This document shows, piece after piece, positions 39,587 to 52,494 of a DNA stretch of 64,000 nucleotides. The position numbers and the translations under genes were made by a program. Source of the DNA: Dipteris shenzhenensis (lineage: Eukaryota). The DNA is taken from NCBI GenBank assembly GCA_047967505.1, contig CM106538.1, one strand, 5' to 3'. The notes beneath the pieces were generated by a model. The model was not told the origin of the DNA and did no database searches. It was given only the letters and a program-made list of their open reading frames with translations. The stretch's first letter is position 1; each line of letters begins with the position of its first letter.

Positions 39587-41728
39587 TCAAGACTCCTTCA
39601 ACAAGAGCTTCCTTTTTGTCTTCTCTAATGTGTCACACAGATTTGAAAATGTGGGTCTTGAGGAAGGGTTTTGTGACCAACATTGTGCGATAAGAGTGAC
39701 CAGATGGGAGAATTGGCATGGGGTCAAAAGATGAGAGACATATCCTCTTTTTATTTGGTTATAGAAATGCTCTGTTGGCATATCTAAAAACCTTCCAGTG
39801 ACAATGTTGAAACAAGTTGTACCGAAGCTGAAGACATCAGCCTCTTTCCTAAACACCACCTTTCCTGCTTCTCCCTCTTGCCTCTGCATGTTCACTGGAC
39901 GCCTCACCTCAGGAGCTATATAGAAAAGGGTTCCCTGTTGGTATGTGAGATCCTCCTCTTTCATTAAGCCCTCAGACGTGCAAAGTTTGGTCAGACCAAA
40001 GTCTGTCAATTTGGCAACCAGATAACCTTGCCGACGGGCACCTGTAGGGAGGTCGTCCATTTGATTGAGTAACACATTTGCAGGTTTTAAATCTCGGTGC
40101 ATCACCCCATGCTCGTGTAGAAAACGCATTCCTCTAGCAATTTGCAGAATTAAATCGATGCATACAACCACTGGGAATGGGGCATCGTTGGGATGCTTGG
40201 CAGCCTCCTTCTGGATTAGGTCCTGCAAGCTGCATGACATGAGCTCCATCACAAGTCCACAATACTCACAATCAAAACCATTGCTGGGTTTCAGCTCGCT
40301 TCTTCTGATGTACCCCTTCATCTCTACAACATTAGGATGTCTCATTTTGATCAGCACTTCCGCTTCTGTTTCAAAGAGAAACTTGGGGATTATTTTCACG
40401 GCCACTTGGGTTCCCAGCCACATCCCACGATGAACAACTCCCTGTGCACCGCTTCCCAACGGATCCTGAAGCACCAGTTTCTCAGCGTATTCATCCAGGT
40501 TGAGGCCGTTCGGGAAAAGGTTGCGATTGTTCCCATCCAATTCCCATATGCATCGAGATGATTGAAGCTTCAAATCATTTATGAGGCTAGATTGAGTTTC
40601 ACATATCCTCAACAGAACTCCAAGTGAGCATTCAGTTGTCCCGTTCTGAAAAATTCCGTCGGATATGATATAGGTCTCAAACTCGTTGAAAGCAGACGGG
40701 TTGCTCAGGATCTGGTTTGTGCACCAGCCTATATCGTTGAAGAAATCTCGAACGAGAGCGTTCCGCTTCCTGCCCAGCTCTATTAAGTCACTAAACCCCT
40801 CATTGTCACACTCTTGCAGCATATGTCGTCCTCTTCCTGCCGTACACACCATCTCTTCCACTTCCGTCGACCACGGCTGCAACGTTTCTTCAAACTCGTG
40901 CCTGCGCTTTTCCATGTAGTTCATGTAGAAAATTCGGAAATCTGTGAGAGAGAGTGCCTGGCGACCCAGCATGCATCTAGCAACGTAGGACCAGAGCCCC
41001 GCCCCATCATCGTCCAGACCGCAAGGAAGGTGGAACCTGTTGCGATCGGGCCTGGAACGGTTGCGGGTGAGACGTTCCTTCCAGTCAGGATACCGCCAAC
41101 CATCCTGGATTACGAACGCGCACGCCCTCGCGTTCCTGTTCGCCTCCCTCGCAATGTGGAACTGCAACGGCGCGCGCTCCACGATCAGGATGCAGTCGAA
41201 TGCGTATATAAACTTCCAAAAGGTTTGGATGGCAACGTCCCAAATGACTATGTGGGGGAGTTTTGGGTGCACAAGGAAAGATCCGCTGGGCCTTGTATCA
41301 TCGCCGCAAGGCCTCCAGTTTCTTGAATCTGCAGAAAAACCGCGATCAATACCTGCGATCCAACAGAGACGTGACGCGAAGCTCAACAGCTGGAGAAGGA
41401 AATGGAGATGCGATGTAGAAGACATTGGCGATTGTGTGAATTGCTCTAAAGTGAAGCAGAAACGAGACGAAGAACCTGGGAAACTGTCAATGAGGGCGTA
41501 GAGGAGATCGCGTTTGTTAATTCCGTAAATTGCGAAATTGTAACAAGAGATAGTATTGATGCCTAAGGCGTGAACTGCCTCAAGCTGAAGCTGCGCATGC
41601 GTTTTTCCGGAGTTAGTGAGGGCATGGCTGAACTGTAAGGGCTTCAAGGGGACGTTGCGGAGGATTCGGTCCGCAATTGATCGAGAGAAAACCTCTCGCT
41701 CTTGTTGTGGTTGCATTGTGAACACCAT
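39587..41728 (-). CDS. Protein kinase (Raf-like/TKL-type) with an N-terminal degenerate IRG/IIGP-like GTPase domain; probable in-frame intron 41353-41475
   Basis: Uninterrupted ORF; the track start at 41743 is TTG and the first ATG is at 41728, with in-frame stops just upstream; kinase motifs GSGAQG, VAVK, HRDLKPANVLL, DFG, GTLFYIAPE, DVFSFG, CW...RPTF all intact (about 39610-40477). Confidence 0.9.
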   Translation of the reverse strand: MVFTMQPQQEREVFSRSIADRILRNVPLKPLQFSHALTNSGKTHAQLQLEAVHALGINTISCYNFAIYGINKRDLLYALIDSFPGSSSRFCFTLEQFTQSPMSSTSHLHFLLQLLSFASRLCWIAGIDRGFSADSRNWRPCGDDTRPSGSFLVHPKLPHIVIWDVAIQTFWKFIYAFDCILIVERAPLQFHIAREANRNARACAFVIQDGWRYPDWKERLTRNRSRPDRNRFHLPCGLDDDGAGLWSYVARCMLGRQALSLTDFRIFYMNYMEKRRHEFEETLQPWSTEVEEMVCTAGRGRHMLQECDNEGFSDLIELGRKRNALVRDFFNDIGWCTNQILSNPSAFNEFETYIISDGIFQNGTTECSLGVLLRICETQSSLINDLKLQSSRCIWELDGNNRNLFPNGLNLDEYAEKLVLQDPLGSGAQGVVHRGMWLGTQVAVKIIPKFLFETEAEVLIKMRHPNVVEMKGYIRRSELKPSNGFDCEYCGLVMELMSCSLQDLIQKEAAKHPNDAPFPVVVCIDLILQIARGMRFLHEHGVMHRDLKPANVLLNQMDDLPTGARRQGYLVAKLTDFGLTKLCTSEGLMKEEDLTYQQGTLFYIAPEVRRPVNMQRQEGEAGKVVFRKEADVFSFGTTCFNIVTGRFLDMPTEHFYNQIKRGYVSHLLTPCQFSHLVTLIAQCWSQNPSSRPTFSNLCDTLEKTKRKLLLKES

Positions 41729-44700
41729 TCTACTATGAGCCAAGAGGTATCATCAATTATGTGGATAATAACATATTATTTAATAATTTTTCAAAAAAAG
41801 GGTCCCAACCAACCAACCAACCATTATCGAAGAAACCAATCGAAACAATCATAGTTTCCGGAAAAGCAAAGGCTGAGAACACTCAACCTCAAAATATGAG
41901 AGCAAAAGTAAAAAGGTATCACACAGCCAAAGACAAACTTGGAAGTCCTCCCTCACATGGTCTCAGATTCATCAAAGCCCTCAATTTCCCCATGAAAATT
42001 AGCCTTTAACCGTATGAGATTTGCATGCATTGAGAGATAGAACACATTCTTCTTGTCTTTATCCATCTGCTGGCATAGATCATGGAGGGTCTTTGTGCTT
42101 ACTGGTCTGGTCTAATCAAGACCAGACACTTCATGTGACATCTTGATTTGCAAGTGTTTCCACAGTATGTGTATTCGTCCTTCAAGGTGATCCTCTTGCT
42201 GGAGGACTACAACAAGCTCTTGGTATAATGTAGTGATGCCCTGTAGCAAAAGATCTTGTGCTGACCCCTCCGCATTGTCATCAGTTTGACCTAGTAGTTG
42301 AAGTTCCAACTTGGAAATTATTGCCTTTTGATTTTGCCACTCTATGCACTTGTCCTTATACTTATCCAACTGTGGAGGTGTATGCAAGCTTTAGACTATT
42401 GAATTGTTGAGCTACTTTTGGATGCCCTGCAATTGATCATTAAGCATGTGGAGTTGGAGTATCTCTTACTCTTGAGCATCCAGTTTTGCTTTGGTGCTCA
42501 CAAGTATCTCCCTCCATATTGTCATTCTTTGGAATCTATTCGGATTGCCGCCCTTCCACGTTATTTACATTGAGAGTAAGTGGAGGCTATAATTCCCATT
42601 TTGGTGTAGAGTCTTCCTCTTGCTCTATTGCAAACCCAATTATAATGGCCAATAGATGGGCAATGTAGCTTTTGCCATTATGTGTAGTGGATGCATAATT
42701 GGTTAGCCAGCAAGGATATGTGTTGAGCCCAATCTTGTTTTGCTCTACAAAGGAGTGTAAGAGTTTTTACTGACATATAATTTTTTCTCACTCTTGTATG
42801 ATTGAAAATTTCAGCCAAAAACTTAGCTGCCTCTTTGCATATGGGATCCAAAATCATATGATGGCGTATTCCCCCACCCTATGACTTTGTGTTAGGTGGG
42901 AATAAATCCAGAATCTCAGAGAATCTTGCATCCAAATGTTTCTTTGGATATTCGTTTTGTGCCTCTGGAAATGAGAAAGCTTCTTGCATAGTGGATCTAC
43001 TAAGGTAGATTTGTAAGGGCTTTTCTTTATATGTTACTGTGTTGTACTTATCTTTCTCCAACTCTCTTTTATATGATGAATTGACAAATGTATTCAATCA
43101 TAGTAGGTGTTGGTAAGAAGGATTTTAGCTTCTCAAAAAGACTTCCTAGACTATTTGACTACAAGAAGTTGTATTCATCTGGTGACATGGCGAATGTGCA
43201 GACTTGTGGCCATACAAGCTATATTGTTTCATCTGTTACTAGCTCTTTGTTGGTTTGGTCATCAAGGTGTTCTACACCTACATCCTGCATAGGAAATTAC
43301 TCTACCTGGATTTCTCTTGACTCTAGGGTCCTTAGGTTCTCTGGCATATCTTCTTGGCATGTTGCATTTATTTGCTCATCAATATCACTATCCAAAACCA
43401 CTAGCCATGGTCGTTTTAGTGCTGACCTATGGTTGTGATTCTGGATCTTGTCCTTCTTTAGGTTGGTGATTTGAGGAGGGCTATTGAGGTTGAGGTTTGG
43501 GCCGTTTGGCATGGTGTCACTTTGTCGATGGTGTTGTAGGCCTTTTTACCATCTTATTGGATTGTCTTCACCTTGGCATTTCACACATGAATCAGGTCCC
43601 AATTTGACAGTGCTACCAATATAGTGCCATGTGCTAAGAGTGCATGTTTCTTTTGTGAGTGGCTAATGCATTTTACTCTTTTTGTGATGAGGGTGCCATG
43701 TGTGTGGATCAAAGCAAGTATCTCTTGGGACTTTTATTCATGCAATTTATTTGAGGTGCTCGAAACGTGTGGGTGTGTTATGCATGACTAGTGAGATAGG
43801 CATTCCTCTTATATGCTTAATTTGCCAAGGGAATCATAGGGAAGGTAGGACTCACTCATGACCTCTAAGCCCTAGATTGAAATTGATTAAAACTACCTAT
43901 ATGTGCAAAGTCATACATATGCTAGTGAGTGCTCGTGATACTAAATATAGAAGACTTGGGGCCCCCAAATCTTCATTATTGTCGAGGATGGCTTGCATGT
44001 TGATGTAGTAGTGCTTTAGTCGACTCCCGTTTATTGTTGTTGTGAACTGGACTCCATCCAGTGTTTATAGCAGCACAGCTCCGATGGGGTTCATTTTTTT
44101 AACTCTATAAGGTCCTTGACCTAGAAATTTGAGCTTGCCCTTATGGAATTTGGTATTGTACAGCAAAAGCAGGTCACCTTCCTTGATGTCTTTGTCTTTG
44201 AGATTTCTATCAAACCATGCTTTCCTTCTTTGTTTTTTTGTTGCCATGGCATGATAGGCAACTAATCCGGTCTCTGTATGCTTCTCTAATTGGTAGAGTC
44301 TTTCTTTTAGCCATGCATGATCTCCCATACATTCTTGTACTGCTATGCGTAGGCTGGGTATTACAAATTTTAGTGGAAACATAGCTTCAAGGCCGTACAC
44401 CAATTGAAAAGGTGTATCTTCTATTCAGACCTTGAGTGGGGTTCAGTATGCCCATAAGGTTGCATTTAGTTTCTCTGCCCAATCAAAATGCTTTGGCTCT
44501 ACTACCTTGGTGAGGACAATGCATAATATTTTGTTGGTGGATTCAGCTTGTCCATTCCCTTGGGGGTAGTAAGGTGTGCTCTTTCTGTGGATCGCCATAA
44601 AGCCAGACAAGAATTATTGGATGACCTCATTGACAAAATGTGTGCCTCTATTTGACACAATTGCAATGACATCCGAATCGGGTGATCACATTCTCGTATA

Positions 44701-45686
44701 AGAACCTTGCTATGCTTTTGGCATTTGCCTTTTTGACTACTTTATAGCTTCAGCCCATTTGGTAAAGTAATAAGTGGCCACAATGATGTAGCGTGCCTAT
44801 GTTCCCTTTGCTACTGGATGGATGGGATCCACAAAATCAATCCGCCATTTTTCAAATGGTTTTTGTGCAACAACTGTTGCTAGGGGATTGAAGTCCTTGC
44901 ATTGTGGTTTAGTAGTCCGTTGGCATATATCACAGTTTTTAACATATTTATAGGCATTTGCCCAAAGTGTTGGCCACCAATATCCTACGAGAAGGACTTT
45001 TCTTACTGTTGCTTCCCCATGGAAATGTCCACTCGGAATGCCTTCATGGGCTTCACTAAGGATTGGCATGATCTCATGTAACATCACACATCTTCTTAAA
45101 ACCTAGTACTTGCCCATCTTGTATAGTTGCCTTGCAATGAGTTGATAGGGTGTAGCTTCTAGAATTAGTTTCCTAGCATCCACTGCTTTCATTTTAAGAG
45201 GTGGTCTTCTCACCATTAAGTACCCAATGATGTATACACACCAGTCACGCACAACATCTATTTAAAATAATGCGACATCTGGTAGATCATCTTCTATTCC
45301 TTTCAGCTCTTCTCCTATCGTTAATCGAGACATGTGATCGGCAATGAAATGTTGAGCTCCTTTTCTCACAATGATTTTGAAATTGAATTCTTGTAGTAGT
45401 AGAAGCCATCAAGTAATGCGGCCTATGGTACATGGTCAATTCACAAGATATAATAAGGCTTGATGATCTGTGTAGAAGATAAAGTCAGTAGTTAATAGAT
45501 AGTGTCAAAATTTCTTCACGCTATAGATCATTGCCAAGGCTTCTCTTTTTGTTGTGGTCTAATTCACCTCTGCATCATTTAGGTGTCTACTTGCAAAGTA
45601 TAACAGGTAGTATCTGTGTTTGCCAAGTTGATATAACACACTCCCTACTATATAATTGGAACCATCAGTATGTACATGAATTTCTA

Positions 45687-46150
45687 TGTCCCAATTTGGT
45701 GCCATTAGAACAGGGCTATGATCAATCTTGACATGAGGGTTTTGAATGCTTGTTCACATTCGTCTATCCAGATGAAGTTAACTAGGAGCTTATATAGGGT
45801 TCTTGCAATCATGGCATACCTCAATATGAACCTTCTATAGTAACTGGTATGACCCATGAAGACTTGGACTCCCTTGGCATTTAGTGGGGGGGGAAGTTCC
45901 ATGATGATATTTATTTTGTCCCAATTTGGTGCCATTAGAACAAGGCTGTGATCAATCTTGACATGAGGGTTTTGAATGCTTGTTCGCATTCGTCTATCCA
46001 GATGAAGTTGATTAGGAGCTTATGTAGGGGTCTTGCAATCATGGCATACCTCAATATGAACCTTCTGTAGTAACTGGCATGACCCATGAAGACTTTGACT
46101 CCCTTGGCATTTAGTGAGGGGGAAGTTCCATGATGATATTTATTTTGTCC
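45687..46150. repeat. ~230-bp tandem duplication in the gypsy RT-RNase H connection
   Basis: Copies start at 45687 and 45917, joined through TGTCC microhomology. Confidence 0.92.
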
Positions 46151-46724
46151 ATGTCAGCTACAATCCCATGTTGAGAGACTATGTGTCCCAAGTCTACTCC
46201 ATGTGTGACCAAGAATTGGCATTTAAGAGGATTCAAATATTCCCTACATTTTTTTAGTACTTCTTCAAGGCATTTTAAGTGATCCTTTTTTTGTGAGTGT
46301 ACGCACAAGTCATCAAGGAAGACTTGTAGGAACTTGTTGACAAAATTCCTTGAAGTCAGTGTACATGACCCTTTGAAAAGTAGATGGGGCATTGCATAAG
46401 CCGAATGGCATGACTTTGTATGCAAAAATGCCCTATTCTATGGCAAACCCTGTCTTTGCCTGATCTTGAGGTGCAATTTGTACTTGGTTGTATCCATTGA
46501 ACCCATCCAAGAAGCTATGTACTTCAGGCCCCGCTACCCTTTCTAAAAGTGTTTCAGTCAATGGTAGGGGATAGTGATCTCTGATTGTTGCTGCATTGAC
46601 ATTCTTGAGATTTACACATATTCTGAGCTTCTTGTTTTTCCTAGGAGCAATCACAATCGGTGACACCCAATCTCATAAATGAACCCAACATCCACTAATT
46701 TTTCTAGTTCTTCATAGACATGGG

Positions 46725-46911
46725 TGTGGGGGCTAAAGGCCACTATACCTTGACCCTGATTATGTACAATACTCAAACACACATATATATATATATGGAT
46801 GACATAGAAGATTAGGGTATTCTGCACTCACCAAAACTTGTGTGGCTCTCTCTTTTGGCTCTCCCTCTCTCTTACCTTCTTTCATTCCTCTTTCGTTGTT
46901 GAGATCTCTCA
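46725..46911 (+). repeat. Copia 5' LTR
   Basis: Aligns with 52412-52609; followed by the PBS. Confidence 0.95.
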
Positions 46912-49900
46912 ACTGGTATCAGAGCACGGGTGTTCTAGCTGAGCCCAAGTGTGTGCCTGGAGCCCGAAGTCTACTACTACTATAGCTTTATGGGAGGAAG
47001 GAGAAGCTTTGTTGGGTGACTTTACCTGCATCCTGGTGTGCAAAGACCTTGTAGAAACCTTTGGAAAGTTCTCTGAGTGTTTTTTTTTCAAGCCAGCAGG
47101 TGGTTTTAGAGGCAAAAGATAGTCTATCTTAGACCTAAGAGTTTTGTGATGAAGACATCTTTCTCTAGAAGCTAAATCTTTCCCTGAGATCAAAAGCAAA
47201 GTTGAGAAGACTTTGAGTACTTCATTTTTCATTTTTACATCTCTGTCATATGAGTTTTTAGTGAAAAGTTAGCTAAGTTCCCGCGTGGATTTCGTGTGTT
47301 GGATCTCCATATCCAGGCCACCGTTTGTGGTTCAGACATTTCCCATGGATTAAGAGAGGTCCAAAACTTCTAATTGTGAAGCAGCTTCCGATTCTGTGAA
47401 GTTAGGAAGTTGTGGTGAAGCTGTGTCTACTCCAATGTCTTCATTTCCTCATTTTCTGTGTGAGTGGGATCTCAACATCCAAGCCTCCATTTGTAGAGTT
47501 GTCTATCCCGTTGTGGATCCGGGACTACCTGAAACATCTGTCTACAAAGCTGCTTGCCATTCCGTGAAGAATCGAGGGAGTTGTGATTCTCTGTGTTTTT
47601 CCATCGTCTCTTTGCAAGAAATTTCTCAAAGGTTCCAAGACCTTCTCATTGATTGCCACATGGTAGATAAGGCTACTCCTTATGTTTTAATCTGCCTAAG
47701 GTTCATTTTTGCAAGAAAATGCAAGCATTGCTTACTCCATCCTCGGATGAGATTCTGGAATTCTAGGAAAGCAAAAGAGAGATATTTGCAGATTGTCTTT
47801 TTGAGTTCGATTATGTAATGAGCCCATGTTTTGAGGCATCCCAGGTTCTATTTTCACATAAAAATCATCCATGGGCATAAGCATCAATAATGTCTCATCC
47901 AAGAGAGAATAGCACTATGCATGCATCAACTGCAATGTGTCGAAGCTTTCCCTCAGCATAAAATGGCATCTTTGTGCTAAACATCCATCAATAAAGCATC
48001 CCACAAGGCAATTTGGGCCTATCAGCGCATCCAACAACGATCGCAATGCATCCAAATGGCCTGTAAAGCATCCACTACAATCCAATGCAAACCATGAATG
48101 AGCGCACAACAGGGCTCAGACTGCAACTAGAGTGATCTGCATAAGGTATATCCAAAAGAATCATGGCTAGATTTTCTCATATGGATGCATAGTATATGCA
48201 CATGAGTCAGATGCATTGTGGTGCTTTGAGCCTTAGCTTTGGTGACACTATCTTTCATTAAGGTAGACATATTTGGGTGCACCTGGTATTTGGTGTGGGA
48301 TTTTGTTTCATTTGCATCATGGCATCCTCTTCCATTTCTGAAAAGGAGTTTTTCAGCATTTAAAAGTTTGATGGGACAAACTTTTCTTTGTGGAAAGAAC
48401 AGATAAGGGATGTGCAGTATGCTTATTCAAAAGAAGCAGATTAAACCCTTGGTAGGGATTGGAGCTAAGCTTGCAGATATGCCTGAGGATGGTTGGAATG
48501 AGTTGGATGCATTGCTAGTCTATTTCATAGTAGTAAACGACGGAAGATTTGGGAAAGAAATTATGTGCCACTTATGAGAAGGAATCTGCCTCTAATAAAG
48601 TTTACCTCATGAAGAGCTTGTTTGAGCTACATAGGAAGGAAGAGATCTCCATTGGTTTTCACCTAAATGAATTCAATATTATTTCAGCCAACTTCAAGCT
48701 CAAAAGATGAATTTTGATGTGGAGACTAAGGCAATATTCCTCTTATGTTCATTGCCATCCTCATGGGATACCTTCCGTACAGCTATCAGTAACTCTAGAC
48801 CTGGTGGAGTATTGAAGTTTGATGATGTTGTGGGTATCTTGTTGGTCAAGGAGATTAGACAGAAATCTATAAAATGCCACGAGCAAGATGTAGCCTTGAA
48901 TGTGCAAAGGGGCAGATCACAATACAGGGGGAAGTCCCAAGAAAGAGGGAAGTCTCATAGCAAATCCAAGGCACAGAACATTGAGTGTCACCATTGTGGC
49001 AAGAAGGGACACATGAAAAAGGATTGCTAGAAGCTAAAAAGAGAGCAAAAGAATAAGAAAAAGAATGCAAAGTGGAGTGCAAATAAGAAGGAAGAGAGTC
49101 CAAGGGAAGACAAAGGAAAAATGAAGATAGAGGAGATTAATGCAGTCACTAATAATAGTGACAATGACATTCTCTTCATGACTAGTCTACCTGTAGACTT
49201 GCTTACCACTTCAAATGATGCATATTCCCAAGATTGGATTTTGGATTCTGGTACTTCATTCCATGTTACTCCCCATAGGAAATGGTTCTTCACTTATGAT
49301 AGTGGAAAGATAGATTGTGTGCATCTTGGAAATAACTATGCATGTGACATAGTGGGAGCAGGTGACATAAAGTTTTCTTTTACAAATGGGTCTGCATTTG
49401 TTTTGAAAAATGTGAGACATGTGCCTAAGCTGACCAAGAGTCTTATTTCAGTAGGTCAGCTAGATGATATTGGTTTTCAGACCACGTTTGGCTTTCAGAG
49501 TTGGAAAATTTAAAAGGGCTCTATGGTTTTGGCAAGGGGAGCTAAGTGTGGGACTTTGTATCCCTTACATGTATCAGGGGTGTGTGATCATGTTGTTGCA
49601 ATAACCGAGAAGCCAAGTAGTTCTTTGTGGCATTGCAAATTGGGGCACATGAGCCAGAATGGAATGAAACTCTTATGCAGTTTGTGTTATGTACCACATT
49701 TGAGTTTTTCTGACTTTGAATTTTATGAGCATTGTCTCTATGGGAAACAGACTAAGTCAGCCCATAAAAGAAGGAAAAATAAAGAGCTTGAAAGGCTTGA
49801 TTTGGTGCATTCAGATGTATGTGGTCCCATGCATACAAGATCATTAGGGGGGGCTGAATACTATGTGACATTCATTGATGATGCAACTAGAAAACTATGG

Positions 49901-52411
49901 GCTTATGCTATCGCTTGAAATAGAGATGTATTCCAAGTATTTCAAAAAGGGCTGGCTTTGGCTGAAAATCAGTCACATAGAACACTTCAATGCCTAGGGA
50001 CTGATAATGGTGGAGAGTATATCTCTTATGACTTTTAGCATTTCTATGATACACATGGGACCAAGAAAGAGCTCACGTCTCCTCATAATCTAGAGCAAAA
50101 TCCAATTATAGAATAGATGAACTACACCATTCAAGAAAGGTTACAATGTATGCTTTCCAATGCCAGTCTTTCTGGTGGTTTTTGGGCTGAGGCAATGAAG
50201 ACTGCAGTCCATGTGATCAATAGATCACCTAGTAAGAGTTTGGATGGTAGTATTCTTGAAGAGGCATGGAGTGGCAAGAAGCCCTCTTACTCTCATTTGC
50301 ATATATTTGGGTGTGAGGCATATGCACATGTGCTAAAAGAGCTTCGAAAGAAGCTAGATCCTAAGTCTAGGAAATGCATCTTTTTGGGTTATGGTGAAAG
50401 TGGAGAGATGGGCTATCATCTCTCGGATCCAGAAGCAAAGAAGATCATACGAAGCCACGATGTGGTCTTCAATGAGAAGATGACGCATAAGACACCCATC
50501 GTGAGGGATGTGGAAATGAGGAGAATCACTTTCCAGGATGTGAATCCACCCACATATGTTGATAGGCAGCAAGCTGTCCATGCACCGAATGTGCAGGAAA
50601 TGGTGACACCAGCATGTAATCCCACAGGTACACAATCAAGGGTAGATGATAAATCATCTATTGGTGGAAATAATGAGCCAAATGTGGCTGATATCCAGGT
50701 GGGAAAACAAGTTGAAATGCCCCTAAGATATCATCTAAAGTGTCTAGACCACCTGAGAGATTTGTTCCAAGGGCAGACTATGTGATGCTTACTGATTGCG
50801 GGGAGCCTTCTTGCTATAGAAAGGCTATGATGCGTGAGGATCAGCATAAGTGGGAGTATGCTATGCAATCAAAGATGAGTTCACTCATAAAGAATAAGAC
50901 TTGGGAATTGGTTTCTTTGCCACATGGAAAGAAAGAATTTGCCATGTAAATGGGTCTACAAGATGAAGGTCACACGTGATGATGTGCCTAAGTACAAGGC
51001 CCACTTGGTTGCTAAAGGTTCAAGCAAGAGAAGGGTGTTGACTTTGATGAGATCTTCTCTCCAATTGTGAAGATGACCACACTTAGATGCATTGTTGGAC
51101 TTATGGCAGTAGAGGATATGAAGCTTATGGAGATGGATGTCAAGACAGCTTTCTTGCATGGGGATTTGCATGAGGAAATTTACATGGTACAGCTAGAAGG
51201 CTTTGAAGAAAAGGGCAAAGAGCATTTGGTTTGCAAGCTAAAAAAGAGTCTCTATGGCCTTAAGCAAGTGCCCAGAGAATGGTATCAGAAGTTTGATGCT
51301 TTCATTCAATCCTAGGGTTTTAGAAGAAGTGAGATTGATCACTGCCTCTACACTAAAATGGCTAAGGATAATAGCCTAATACTCCTGGCACTTTATGTTA
51401 ATGACATGCTATTGGCCAGCAAGAATACTTATGAGCTAGATGCATTGAAGGCCAAGTTGCATGAGGCCTTTGACATGAAGGATTTGGGACTTGCATATCA
51501 TATTCTTGGTATGCGCATCACGCATGACCGAAGTAGGAATCTCCTTTGGCTTTCACAGAAGGAGTATGCTACAAAAGTGTTGTAGCATTTCAATATGGAG
51601 GGGGGGAAGGTATAAGTGCTCCATTGCCTCCATATGTGAAGTTGAGTTAGGCGGTAGATTGTCCCAAATCAAATGAGGAGAGGGCCACGTTAGCCAAGGT
51701 TCCTTATGCATCAGTGGTTGGGAGTCTTATGTATGCTATGATAGCTACTAGATTAGACATGGCATTTGTAGTGGGAGTTGCTAGCCGGTTATATGGCTAA
51801 TCTACGAAAGAGGCATTGGGAGGCAATTAAGTGCATCATGCGGTACATGAAGGATACCAAGGAGATGTGTATCTACTTTGGCAGAGGAGATATGTGTGTA
51901 CTTGGGTACACAGATTCAGACTATGCATGGCATGTGGATAGCAGGAGATCCACTTTTGATTATGTGTTCACCTTTGCAGGTGGTGCAACGTCGTGGATGT
52001 CTCATGCACAGAAGTGCATTGCTTTGTCTACCATAGAGGCCGAGTATGTTGCAGCCACAAAGGGTTGTAAGGAGGCTATATGGCTTGATCGGCTAGTGGG
52101 AGATTTGGGGATTCATACAAGTGTACCGACATTGCATAGTGATTCCATGAGTGCTATTCGGCTAGAATGGAATCCATTCTTTCATGCAAAGACCAAACAC
52201 ATTGAGGTCAGGTACCATTTCATCAGGGAGGTACTTGAGGACAAGCGCATAGAGCTTGTCAAGGTTCATACAAATGATAACCTTGCAGATATGCTGAAAC
52301 GAAGAGTCTACCTAGTCAACGGTTTGAGTATTGTTGCATATTGTTGGGCATTGGATAGTATGCTCACTGGCTATTCTCTCTTAAAGGCACATTGGACTTT
52401 AAGTGGGAGGT

Positions 52412-52463
52412 TGTGGGGGTTAAAGGCCACTGTACCTTAACCTCCATCATGTACAATACTCAA

Positions 52464-52494
<31 letters not shown>

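Noticed and set aside
40814-41501. Plus-strand ORFs of 170 and 153 aa
   Set aside because: Antisense shadows of the GC-rich kinase-fusion CDS
41591-41620. TNSGKT in the kinase N-terminus as a Walker A motif
   Set aside because: Lacks the first Gly and the preceding hydrophobic strand; the G1-equivalent position is better placed at NFAIYGINK
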